In this document: piece by piece, positions 1-8,111 of the stretch
Numbering within the stretch: the first letter of the stretch is position 1
Layout of the letters: each line of letters begins with the position of its first letter
Virus record (IMG/VR): IMGVR_UViG_3300033066_001466
Location: 1-64,000 of that record
Length of the DNA: 64,000 nucleotides
Direction: 5' to 3' (one strand)
Source of the DNA: a virus
Lineage: Duplodnaviria > Caudoviricetes
The notes under the pieces: generated by a model
What the model was told of the DNA's origin: nothing
What the model saw: the letters and a program-made list of their open reading frames with translations, nothing else
Databases searched by the model: none
Translations under genes and position numbers: made by a program

Positions 1-1
1 C

Positions 2-238
2 AAGGGAAACGAAATCCCAAAGAATAAAATTGGATATCTTGATAATACGGTTACTCACCTCTATCATGGTAAACCCTCATCTCGCCAATACGATTCTCGC
101 ATAGAAATCCTACGGAAACATAATTTTAATCCATTAGATGATATGGTCGTCGAAAAATCCGGCTTATATAGACTAGTGAATAAAGACTTTGAAAACGATG
201 TTAAGCATTATTTCCTAGGCAGAGAAGAAGATGATTAA
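2..238 (+). CDS. 3' end of a glycosyltransferase-like protein (truncated by window edge)
   Basis: Open frame 2 to TAA at 236-238: ...THLYHGKPSSRQYDSRIEILRKHNFNPLDD...YFLGREEDD; resembles the HLxHG...R.Y..R...L....F.P...YF..R.ED C-terminus I recall from viral GT-A-like proteins. Confidence 0.45.
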   Translation, partial: KGNEIPKNKIGYLDNTVTHLYHGKPSSRQYDSRIEILRKHNFNPLDDMVVEKSGLYRLVNKDFENDVKHYFLGREEDD

Positions 239-703
239 ATGGCTATCAACTTCAAAAAGTTAAATCTGACTATCATTGATGAGACTAATGTTAAGGATTT
301 ACTTAAGATTGATGCTATTTCGCCCACTAACACACCAGCCAACTATTATGAATTAATCGAGGAAAGATTTGTATTTGGCCGTTACTTATACGAAAAAAAT
401 ACTTTAAAGCCTGTGGGATATTGGATTTGTCGCGAAGAAATTGCCAATAATTACGTAGTTTGCTGGAATTCGGTCTTGAAAGTTACAGAGTTTTGTGATA
501 TTATCGTGGAATTCTATAGGGCAAGATGTAGGGATGACGGGAATACCTTAACTTTACCAATTAGTGAAACTAACGTCGAGCTATGTAATTTTCTTAAAAA
601 ACACAATCCTATTACTAAATTTGTTTCGCCCAATATAGAATTTAAATTTTTCTCTCGTTACCAAGAGGAATTCCTGGATAGAGAGATGCAAATAACCCAC
701 TGA
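239..703 (+). CDS. hypothetical protein, possible degenerate GNAT (RimI-like) fold
   Basis: Pattern DLLKIDA..VGYWI..LTLPISETNVELCNFLKK resembles RimI-like acetyltransferases, but the R/QxxGxG motif A is absent. Confidence 0.35.
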   Translation: MAINFKKLNLTIIDETNVKDLLKIDAISPTNTPANYYELIEERFVFGRYLYEKNTLKPVGYWICREEIANNYVVCWNSVLKVTEFCDIIVEFYRARCRDDGNTLTLPISETNVELCNFLKKHNPITKFVSPNIEFKFFSRYQEEFLDREMQITH

Positions 704-711
704 AAGCTCGA

Positions 712-1179
712 ATGTCCTTTAAAACTTCGTTAGCAGTCGGAACCCAAGGAGAAACATACGCTCGCCAAATGTTGGAAAAGTTAGGAATTGACACAAAAGA
801 AAGCAATAGTAAAGATGTCGACTTTTATCTTGCCTTTGAGAGCAAGGAATATAGTTGTGAATGCAAATATGACGTTTACGCTAAAAGGTCAGGAAATGTT
901 TTTTTGGAGGTATTTAATCCCAAGTCTGAGAAACCTTCAGGGATAATGTCCACTAAGGCCGTTTTTTGGTTTACGGTATTCAGTGAGCATGATATTTTCT
1001 TTTGTTTAAGTGCTGATTTAAGAGATTTTGCGGGAAAGGTTAAGCCCAAAAGAGTAATAAATGCCGCCGGAGACAAAAACTCTGATGGTATCCTATATGC
1101 TAAAGATGTTATTTGTGGGCAATGCTTGCAGGAGCTAACTAAAAAGAATTTGCTAGAGGAGATTAAGAAATTAACATGA
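712..1179 (+). CDS. PD-(D/E)XK-type nuclease-like phage protein
   Basis: E..(GETY), D (DVDF), ECK motif followed by GNVFLE...KPSGIMSTKA..W. Confidence 0.55.
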   Translation: MSFKTSLAVGTQGETYARQMLEKLGIDTKESNSKDVDFYLAFESKEYSCECKYDVYAKRSGNVFLEVFNPKSEKPSGIMSTKAVFWFTVFSEHDIFFCLSADLRDFAGKVKPKRVINAAGDKNSDGILYAKDVICGQCLQELTKKNLLEEIKKLT

Positions 1180-1514
1180 ATATTAAGGCCAACCTTATCC
1201 TAGAATGTATTAATCAAGCCGGAATTTCTATCTGTTCTTATAATGATGATATTCCTTTTTGTGACATAGATGGAGACCCCAAGTCGTGCGTAGCTAATCT
1301 ACTAGAGCGAATGACTTCAGTCAAAATTAATCCTTATGTCTCTGATTGGCTAACTCTAGAATTGGCCGATACTTACTATGATATTGACGCAAACTCGGTG
1401 TATCTTATCTATGTATGCCGAGTAGGGGAAAATTTACCACTACAGGCTGGCTATAAATGGTCAGATATTATGACTATGAAGCCAAAACTTGATAAAATCA
1501 AAGGCCTAATTTAG
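1176..1514 (+). CDS. hypothetical protein
   Basis: 112-aa ORF with ATGA overlap to the upstream gene and GAGGAG RBS. Confidence 0.7.
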   Translation: MNIKANLILECINQAGISICSYNDDIPFCDIDGDPKSCVANLLERMTSVKINPYVSDWLTLELADTYYDIDANSVYLIYVCRVGENLPLQAGYKWSDIMTMKPKLDKIKGLI

Positions 1515-1533
1515 GCTAGAAAAGAGCGGCCCC

Positions 1534-1827
1534 ATGACTTGCTCGATAAATTTTACAATAAATCCTGAAGGGAAACTCAAGGTTAAGGCTAAATGGAATA
1601 AGGAAAATCCTAAGAATGTAGCCAGATTTAGGAAATTGCTATTGCATATTCAGGCTGGGTCATATAATATGGATATCTGTGAGGCTATAATTAAGCACGG
1701 CGAAGATACAATGGACAAGAAGAATGCTCGCCGAATTTTAAAGGTTTTGGTTCCAAAAGAAACTTACGAAGATGAGCCAATCCTTTTCCCACAAGAACTT
1801 GGACAGGAAATTAACGGTAACGATTAA
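1534..1827 (+). CDS. hypothetical protein
   Basis: 97-aa ORF tightly packed in the operon. Confidence 0.7.
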   Translation: MTCSINFTINPEGKLKVKAKWNKENPKNVARFRKLLLHIQAGSYNMDICEAIIKHGEDTMDKKNARRILKVLVPKETYEDEPILFPQELGQEINGND

Positions 1828-1836
1828 AGGAAAAGT

Positions 1837-2796
1837 ATGCCAAGAACTAATATTGAAGCAGCAGATGAGATTTTAGGACTTAAGTTCCCTGTATTAAACA
1901 ATGGGCACGTTTCGTTAGTAGACTACTGTGGTGGTGACGAAATGATTGAAAATTTTGCCAGAACCTCATACGGTAAAGGAACTAGACAAGTAAATGATAG
2001 ACGAGCTTTAATTAGATATCTTATTAATCATTATCATACCACCCCAATTGAATGTACAGAAATTTCTTTTGATATTGCTTTACCTATCCATTGTGCTCGT
2101 CAGTTAGTTCGTCATCGAACTTTCAGTCCAATTAATGAATATTCAGCTAGATACTCAATTGTCCCAGAAACTCTTTATGAGGACTATGAGTTAAATCTTC
2201 AGTCAAAAAATAATAAACAGGGACGAAATGACCAAATAGCAGAAAACAATGATTTTGGCAATGAGATTAAAGAGTCTCACAAGAATGCCTTCACCCTATA
2301 TAATAAAATGATTGAAGCTGGTGTAGCTCGCGAAATTGCTAGAATGCACCTACCATTAAATTGTTACACTTATTGGTTCTGTAAAATGGACCTAAATAAT
2401 CTGTTTAAAATGCTTAGGTTGCGACTAGACAGTCATGCTCAAGCCGAAATTCGAGAATATGCTCAAGTAATAGCTGGAATTGCTAAAAGAGTGGCTCCCA
2501 TTGCTTTTGAGGCGTTTTTTGATTACCATTATTGTGCTTCTAACTTAAGCCGTCTTGATAAGTTAATGTGGGAAAAACTTATGGAAAAAGACGAGAAGAA
2601 AAGTGAAGAGTGGAATGGACTTTGGCGAAATATTGATTTATGGGATGGCGACGAAATGGATAATTATGGCCTATCAATTGGTATGACAAAAAGGGAAATA
2701 GCAGATTTTCGGACAAAAATTCAACCAACAAAATTTAAATTAGAAGATTTCGACTTAGACCCTACTTCTGTAATTAAGGAGTCTGAAAATGCCTAA
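1837..2796 (+). CDS. thyX: flavin-dependent thymidylate synthase ThyX
   Basis: ARTSYG, H.TPIE, RQLVRHRTFSPINEYSARYS (RHRxxSxxxxSxR signature), AREIARMHLP, LRLDSHAQAEIREYA. Confidence 0.95.
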   Translation: MPRTNIEAADEILGLKFPVLNNGHVSLVDYCGGDEMIENFARTSYGKGTRQVNDRRALIRYLINHYHTTPIECTEISFDIALPIHCARQLVRHRTFSPINEYSARYSIVPETLYEDYELNLQSKNNKQGRNDQIAENNDFGNEIKESHKNAFTLYNKMIEAGVAREIARMHLPLNCYTYWFCKMDLNNLFKMLRLRLDSHAQAEIREYAQVIAGIAKRVAPIAFEAFFDYHYCASNLSRLDKLMWEKLMEKDEKKSEEWNGLWRNIDLWDGDEMDNYGLSIGMTKREIADFRTKIQPTKFKLEDFDLDPTSVIKESENA

Positions 2797-3271
2797 AAAT
2801 ATTATCTGGAAGAAATACATTTCTGGCGTTACAAAATTCTTTAATAAGTTAAAAGGTAAGAAAGGAATGTATCTCCAAAGCTCACAAGGGCTTATGTTCG
2901 AGGACGAAACACCAGATAAGCGTTTTAATCTTTATGAAGGTGTATGTGACTTTTTAATTACCGAAAATGATTATCGTAAAATGGCTTCAGTTTTGGGCGT
3001 AGAAGCTATTTTCCCTGTTTCTGGCTATAAAGTTAGAGTTGGAGTCGCCGAACTATTTAACGAAAAAGAAGTTCTTAAAAAGATTGAAGAAGCTATTGAC
3101 CCGTTTAAAGGAATCCACGACAAAGTAATCTCAGAATACCTTAATGTCGCAGAAAAGAAATATTCAGAATACGTCATTTACGAGGATTTATATGGAATGA
3201 TAAATATAGGGGACAAGAGCAAATCTTCAGATGTAGATGGTTTTCTTATAAGTTCTGGGAAAATCATTTGA
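2789..3271 (+). CDS. hypothetical protein
   Basis: 160-aa ORF overlapping the thyX stop, AAGGAG RBS. Confidence 0.7.
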   Translation: MPKNIIWKKYISGVTKFFNKLKGKKGMYLQSSQGLMFEDETPDKRFNLYEGVCDFLITENDYRKMASVLGVEAIFPVSGYKVRVGVAELFNEKEVLKKIEEAIDPFKGIHDKVISEYLNVAEKKYSEYVIYEDLYGMINIGDKSKSSDVDGFLISSGKII

Positions 3272-3294
3272 GCAAGGTATTAGCTCATGTAGTG

Positions 3295-3305
3295 CGGCGT
3301 ATATT
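3295..3305 (+). promoter_or_regulatory. CGGnGTATA motif copy (candidate phage late promoter)
   Basis: CGGCGTATATT, intergenic, 42 nt before ATG 3337. Confidence 0.6.
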
Positions 3306-3336
3306 AATTACGTACCCTATAATCGGAGAAAGATAA

Positions 3337-3882
3337 ATGCTTTTAACTACTCAAGCCGCGATTTCTGGCGTTTCACCTAAGAAAAATGCTGGTACAGTTG
3401 TAATGGGCGGCAATGTTCCTGCCGGAAATCCCGCTACTTCTTTCCCCGGATTTGTTCCTACAAATACTCAGTCCGGCTTACTTGGCTCACAAACTCCTTA
3501 TAATTATATTACTGTGGCTGCTGCTAATGCTACAACTTTGTATCTACCTTCGGGTATTATTAGTGGTACACTAGTTGCTAACGATAGAGATGACTGCATC
3601 ATGTATTACAGTCAAAAACGAGATTTGGCTGGTGTAACTGTTGCCGCAGTTGGAATTCCTCTTGCTGGGCCAATCGAACAGCCTGCATTAACTACTTCTG
3701 GCAGTTTAGTGAGTTATCCTAGTGGCTGGTCACAATCTGGGCAACTCTTGGCTCCTGCCGTGGTTTTAGGTGCAAATTATGCTATTAATGCCACAAATGA
3801 TAGAGGAGCTACGCTTGCAGGCCGCTATGTTTTCACTTTAGGGGCTGCTCCTACATCTGGCGCATCACCAACGCGCGTCTAG
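3337..3882 (+). CDS. Gly/Ala/Thr/Ser-rich hypothetical protein, possible virion accessory protein
   Basis: Small-residue-rich composition like the minus-strand structural genes; own motif promoter and terminator. Confidence 0.55.
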   Translation: MLLTTQAAISGVSPKKNAGTVVMGGNVPAGNPATSFPGFVPTNTQSGLLGSQTPYNYITVAAANATTLYLPSGIISGTLVANDRDDCIMYYSQKRDLAGVTVAAVGIPLAGPIEQPALTTSGSLVSYPSGWSQSGQLLAPAVVLGANYAINATNDRGATLAGRYVFTLGAAPTSGASPTRV

Positions 3883-3892
3883 TTTAAAATTT

Positions 3893-3916
3893 GGCTCTCG
3901 CAAGAGAGCCTTTTTT
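3893..3916 (+). terminator. Rho-independent terminator
   Basis: GGCTCTC-GCAA-GAGAGCC followed by TTTTTT (GNRA loop). Confidence 0.85.
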
Positions 3917-3935
3917 GTGTACAATGGGGCATCAA

Positions 3936-4832
3936 ATGAAGATTCTATTAGCGATTCTACTATCATTAGGACTTTTTGTAGGCGGAATAGCAGAAGAAAC
4001 TGTTCCTGTAGTTAATAAAGTTCAAAATGTAGCTGGGGTCAAAATGGCCGAAATCAAGCAAACCTTATCTGGTTTGGATAAAGAAGTTCCTATTGGCACC
4101 CTAATTAAAGTTAAGGTATCTCCATTATCTGCTCCAGCAAACAGTGTTATCACAGCAATTTACAACTACGCCTTGTTAGAAAACGGAAAGCTTTCCAATA
4201 ATATCGAAATTTTAACAGGAAGCGAACGAACAGGAGACCCAGCAAGAACTGGTTCTGACATGATTTTTGCTGTAAAAGATAATACCACCAAATACCAAGT
4301 GATTTTTTCAGTCAACTATATTGAAACTAAAGTTGGTACTTCTGAAATTATTAGTGTTCAAAAAGCACCCATTCAAATCTATGATATTAAAGTTTCAGGA
4401 TATGTGCCTCCAGTTCCAGGACCAGACGTAATTCCTGATGGAAATTTTGGCCTAATTCGTTCAGTTTATTTAGAATCAATTAAATTAACACTTGATAAAG
4501 ATAAGAAAATTAAGCTTTTTACTAATCTATCTAATGCTTTTTCTGGTATGTCTTCCAAGATTGCCGCAGGAGTCTATAAAGATGATAATGATGACGCAAA
4601 TCAAGTAAAACGAGTAGAAGACTTCCTTAAAGAAACAAAAGCTCTCGTTAATCAAGCTATTACTGATTCTGGCGTTGAATTAAAAGTGCTAGACGGTAAT
4701 GTAGATGTAGTAGTAAAATCGGCTTTGGAAAAGGCCTATGAGACTGGTAAGATGCGAAAATTTGCCGACTATCAAGCAGCTTGGGCAGAAATTGCCGAAG
4801 GCTATAGACTAGCTTTAAAATCACAACAATAG
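3936..4832 (+). CDS. exported protein with signal peptide and Pro-rich linker
   Basis: MKILLAILLSLGLFVGGIA signal peptide at ATG 3936 (track's TTG 3891 lies in the terminator); PPVPGPDVIP linker between a beta-rich and a helical domain. Confidence 0.7.
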   Translation: MKILLAILLSLGLFVGGIAEETVPVVNKVQNVAGVKMAEIKQTLSGLDKEVPIGTLIKVKVSPLSAPANSVITAIYNYALLENGKLSNNIEILTGSERTGDPARTGSDMIFAVKDNTTKYQVIFSVNYIETKVGTSEIISVQKAPIQIYDIKVSGYVPPVPGPDVIPDGNFGLIRSVYLESIKLTLDKDKKIKLFTNLSNAFSGMSSKIAAGVYKDDNDDANQVKRVEDFLKETKALVNQAITDSGVELKVLDGNVDVVVKSALEKAYETGKMRKFADYQAAWAEIAEGYRLALKSQQ

Positions 4833-4869
4833 ACTCAAATGCCGTCGAGCTTAATATAGGAGTTATGAT

Positions 4870-5871
4870 ATGGCTATTGACTTTAATTTGTTTCCCACTG
4901 ATTCAGATGGCGTTAAACAATTTGGATGGGCTGGTCCAGAAGCAGCTAAGGACGCTTGGGCTAAAGTTAAGAATAATTTTGACCCATTTAAGCTAGAAGG
5001 CAAGTCAAAAAAAAAATCAAAAACAAAAAAGTTCGGAGACTCAGCCCTTAAGAAACGATTCCTCTGGGAAGTAGTCCGTAAAGTTGCTGGACACGATTTG
5101 CTAAATTACGCTCAACGAGCAGGTTCCTGTGTATCAGAGGCTGCTCGTAGTGCTTGTAATTATCTAGCTGCTACTCAAATTCTTCTTGCTAAGAAATCCG
5201 AAAGCTTTAAGGAAAGCTACGCTCCATACCATTATTCGTGTATGCGTACCATTATTGGGCCAAAGCATGGCACAAGATTTGGTTGTAACGATGATGGTGG
5301 TATCGGTTCCTATATGGCCGAATCCTTCCAAGAATATGGGAATTTATTCAAGGATACCCCCGGACTAGAAGAGTACGAAGGCCAAGCTAATATTGCTCAA
5401 CATTGGGGTTGTTATCAGCCAAAGAAAGAATTCATTGAACTAGGAAAGAAACACCTAATCAAGAAGGTAGCTCGAATCAGAAATTGGGATGATTATGTAG
5501 ACGCTATCACAAATGGCTACCCTATTCATTTCTGCTCCAATCTAAGCTGGTCTATGATGCCTAACTCTAAGGGTTACCATGACCAAACTAGCGAGGGTTG
5601 GTCGCACGCAATGCTACATATGGGTGTTGATGATGAAGATACAACTGGATTTTCTGAAATTCTTAATTCCTGGGCGAATTGTCACGGGCAACTAAAAAAT
5701 AAGTATACTGGGGAAAATCTCCCAATTGGAATAGTTCGGTCTAAGAAATCTGTTATTGCTAACGCCTTACAAGATGATGACGTTGAGGCTTTCGCCCTAA
5801 GTGACATGGACGGCTTCTACGAACGTAAGAAAGAAATTGATAAAGCTTTATTCGACCTATTCGGGGGATAA
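4870..5871 (+). CDS. papain-like (C1A) cysteine peptidase
   Basis: Q..GSCV (oxyanion Gln + catalytic Cys), WSHAM (His), ILNSWA (Asn-Ser-Trp). Confidence 0.8.
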   Translation: MAIDFNLFPTDSDGVKQFGWAGPEAAKDAWAKVKNNFDPFKLEGKSKKKSKTKKFGDSALKKRFLWEVVRKVAGHDLLNYAQRAGSCVSEAARSACNYLAATQILLAKKSESFKESYAPYHYSCMRTIIGPKHGTRFGCNDDGGIGSYMAESFQEYGNLFKDTPGLEEYEGQANIAQHWGCYQPKKEFIELGKKHLIKKVARIRNWDDYVDAITNGYPIHFCSNLSWSMMPNSKGYHDQTSEGWSHAMLHMGVDDEDTTGFSEILNSWANCHGQLKNKYTGENLPIGIVRSKKSVIANALQDDDVEAFALSDMDGFYERKKEIDKALFDLFGG

Positions 5872-5873
5872 AC

Positions 5874-6368
5874 ATGAGGATTTTGGCCTATACACTGATA
5901 TTCCTTTTTGTGTCAATGTCTTCGACGTTTGCTGAAGACTCTTCTTTATTAATTAAATGCCCCGAAGGGTATAAAATTGCCATCAATGGTTACACCCAGA
6001 ATATTGGTGGCAAAATTCGTCAATATACCTTTGATTTTCCTAAAGGTGAACAAGGTAAAGTTAAAGTATTGGCATTCACAGATGATAGCCCGAAAGTCTT
6101 ACATTCTAGTGAAGTTATAATTACAGGTGGATTAACAGTAACGCTAGACTTGCGGGATGAAAAAGAAAAAGAATTGGATAAACCGAAGATTGTTAAGCCT
6201 TCTTTCAATATTTTTGAGAAACCTGTATTGCAAAAACCAGACTTTTCGTGTATAACTAAGATTCCAAAAGGTGAGCCAAAAGAAAATGTACAACTAGTTA
6301 GGCCGAAAATACAAAACTCACCAGTCTATCAGGATTGTCCTACTGGGACTTGCTCTACTGGTCGTTGA
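5874..6368 (+). CDS. exported protein with TIGR03000-like (Planctomycete) domain
   Basis: Signal peptide; LLIKCPEGYKIAING....GGKIRQYTF...GGLTVTLDL resembles the TIGR03000 pattern from memory; C-terminal CPTGTC. Confidence 0.5.
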   Translation: MRILAYTLIFLFVSMSSTFAEDSSLLIKCPEGYKIAINGYTQNIGGKIRQYTFDFPKGEQGKVKVLAFTDDSPKVLHSSEVIITGGLTVTLDLRDEKEKELDKPKIVKPSFNIFEKPVLQKPDFSCITKIPKGEPKENVQLVRPKIQNSPVYQDCPTGTCSTGR

Positions 6369-6406
6369 AGGTAAATATTAATCGGCAGTTGCCGAAAAGG
6401 AACAAA

Positions 6407-6940
6407 ATGCCCGAATGTCTTAATAAAATACTTGTTTGGATTATATTTGGCGGAAAAACGATTGGGAGCACGCCAAAGAAATTTAGTGTAGGTGGAGTTA
6501 CTGTCGCTCCAGTAGTAAGCGAAGGTAATTATTATAACATTCTTGCTAAACAAGCCGTTCATGGTATGCGAAAAAATTCGGCCATTGACGTAAAAACCTT
6601 TGACCCATTAACTATATGGCTCATTATTCAGATTATCTATCAAGTCGTTAAGTGTTATATCGGTAAAAAGAAAACTCCTGCCCAAGCTCTTGAAATTGTT
6701 AATGACCCAAATTTTGCTCATAAACTACTTCTAAAGAGAATGGTTCTTAAAGCTATTCGTGACCAAGGTCGTAATATAGGGTCTGCAAGCTCTCAGTCCG
6801 CTTTTAAGACAGAATTATATGAACAACTACTAAAGATGGGCCAAAATGGAACTACGTCTGATTTGAGGCTCCTAGAGAATGACCTACCAGAAATTGCTAA
6901 ACACTTTGAAGGGGAAACCCCTTTAACCCCCATAAAATAA
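6407..6940 (+). CDS. hypothetical membrane-associated protein
   Basis: ATG 6407 with AAGGA RBS; hydrophobic DPLTIWLIIQIIYQVVKC segment. Confidence 0.6.
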   Translation: MPECLNKILVWIIFGGKTIGSTPKKFSVGGVTVAPVVSEGNYYNILAKQAVHGMRKNSAIDVKTFDPLTIWLIIQIIYQVVKCYIGKKKTPAQALEIVNDPNFAHKLLLKRMVLKAIRDQGRNIGSASSQSAFKTELYEQLLKMGQNGTTSDLRLLENDLPEIAKHFEGETPLTPIK

Positions 6941-6945
6941 TTTGA

Positions 6946-7599
6946 ATGAGATTTATTATGTCTAAAGTAGAGGTTAGCTTAGAAGAATTAATATATTTAG
7001 ATTCAGATGAGTACAAGAGTGTACAAGCTTTAGAGGAAATAATGAGCGAAGATTTAGAGATTTGTGGCTGTAAGAAATGTAAGTGTGGAAAAAAAGTAAA
7101 TGATGGTATTTCGGACAGAGATAAACTTAAACTCAAATACTGTAAGGTTCTCACCCATTTAGACTTAGTTTCTAAGAACTGTCGTAAGCTTGCCCTAGCC
7201 TTAATTGATGAAAATCAAACCGAATTAGCCCACAAACTAATCATTCGCGGTCAACTGCACGACGTCTCTAAGCTGACCAATCCAATGGAATGGAACTATT
7301 TGTGCGATTATGAAGCCTATAAAGGCTCAGAAAAGCTAAAAGAAGCTGTTGATACCCATACCCGTTTTAATAACCATCATCCAGAATATTGTTTATACGA
7401 AAATGGGATTCATTCGATGGATGAAGTGTCACTTATTGAATTATATTGTGACTGGTTTAGTCGTGGTGAAGAATTTAAGAAACCTATTCGGCAGTTTATG
7501 GAAGAAACGGCTTTTAAGAAATATAACTTTGATGAAAATTCTGCCGTATTTCAAAAACTTAATTACTATAACCAATTGATGACCGGAGAAAATCTATGA
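6946..7599 (+). CDS. HD-domain protein (DUF5662-like)
   Basis: HDVSKL, H..FNNHHPEY, GIHSMDEVSLIELYCDW; N-terminal CGCKKCKC. Confidence 0.7.
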   Translation: MRFIMSKVEVSLEELIYLDSDEYKSVQALEEIMSEDLEICGCKKCKCGKKVNDGISDRDKLKLKYCKVLTHLDLVSKNCRKLALALIDENQTELAHKLIIRGQLHDVSKLTNPMEWNYLCDYEAYKGSEKLKEAVDTHTRFNNHHPEYCLYENGIHSMDEVSLIELYCDWFSRGEEFKKPIRQFMEETAFKKYNFDENSAVFQKLNYYNQLMTGENL

Positions 7600-7736
7600 A
7601 GAACTTAGCTCTAAGTATTGTTTTTATTTGTCTAATTCTAGTTTCAGGTTGTAAGGTGGATGATTTCTCTAAAAAACCACAAAACTGCAATTGTAAAGAC
7701 TGTAAATGTGTGGTAACATGCAAGTGTTCCAAATGA
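7596..7736 (+). CDS. small Cys-rich putative lipoprotein (not in ORF track)
   Basis: MKNLALSIVFICLILVSGC-KVDDFSKKPQNCNCKDCKCVVTCKCSK, 46 aa; lipobox-like LVSGC; ATGA overlaps at both ends; GGAG RBS. Confidence 0.75.
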   Translation: MKNLALSIVFICLILVSGCKVDDFSKKPQNCNCKDCKCVVTCKCSK

Positions 7737-7927
7737 GCAAAGCAACCTGCTTCATAAGAAAAAATGCTTTTTGGATGATTCTATTATTATCTATTCCTAT
7801 TATAGGTTTTGTTCTTCCAAAAGCTCCAAATAAAACTATTGATTGTTGGTGTACTCCTTGCCGATGTATTGAGTGTGGTTGCACCAAAGAAAAGCCTTGC
7901 AAATGTGAGAAAAATCATACTAATTAG
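7733..7927 (+). CDS. small membrane-anchored Cys-rich protein
   Basis: MSKATCFIRKNAFWMILLLSIPIIGFVLP...CWCTPCRCIECGCTKEKPCKC; ATGA overlap with the previous ORF. Confidence 0.7.
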   Translation: MSKATCFIRKNAFWMILLLSIPIIGFVLPKAPNKTIDCWCTPCRCIECGCTKEKPCKCEKNHTN

Positions 7928-7935
7928 GCGAAAGT

Positions 7936-8046
7936 ATGGGCGAATCAACCTACATGTTTTGGGACTATAATCCTTGGTTTTCAGATGACAATGAAACCTA
8001 TTTCGAGAAATTTTTAAAATGTGAGATGCCAGACTATATTATCTAG
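7936..8046 (+). CDS. small acidic hypothetical protein (36 aa)
   Basis: MGESTYMFWDYNPWFSDDNETYFEKFLKCEMPDYII; TAGG RBS; fills the gap before the terminator. Confidence 0.4.
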   Translation: MGESTYMFWDYNPWFSDDNETYFEKFLKCEMPDYII

Positions 8047-8070
8047 TTATCACAACAGTACGAATTCTAC

Positions 8071-8094
8071 CGCCGCTCCTAAGAGCGGCGTTTT
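8071..8094 (+). terminator. Rho-independent terminator or attenuator before nrdJ
   Basis: CGCCGCTC-CTAA-GAGCGGCG followed by TTTT. Confidence 0.7.
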
Positions 8095-8111
8095 AGCCTC
8101 TAGGAGAAGAG

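Noticed and set aside
1176-1514. Nudix hydrolase
   Set aside because: Only a vague fold-like pattern; the Nudix box GX5EX7REUXEE is absent
3891-3935. TTG start of the 313-aa ORF in the track
   Set aside because: It overlaps the terminator hairpin; the signal peptide starts at ATG 3936
5007-5016. A10 homopolymer in the peptidase gene as a phase-variation tract
   Set aside because: In frame within a Lys-rich stretch of an AT-rich genome; no evidence of slippage without reads
6946-7599. HD protein as a DatZ-like dATPase implying Z-DNA
   Set aside because: No purZ or other diaminopurine pathway gene in the window; an HD motif alone is not diagnostic
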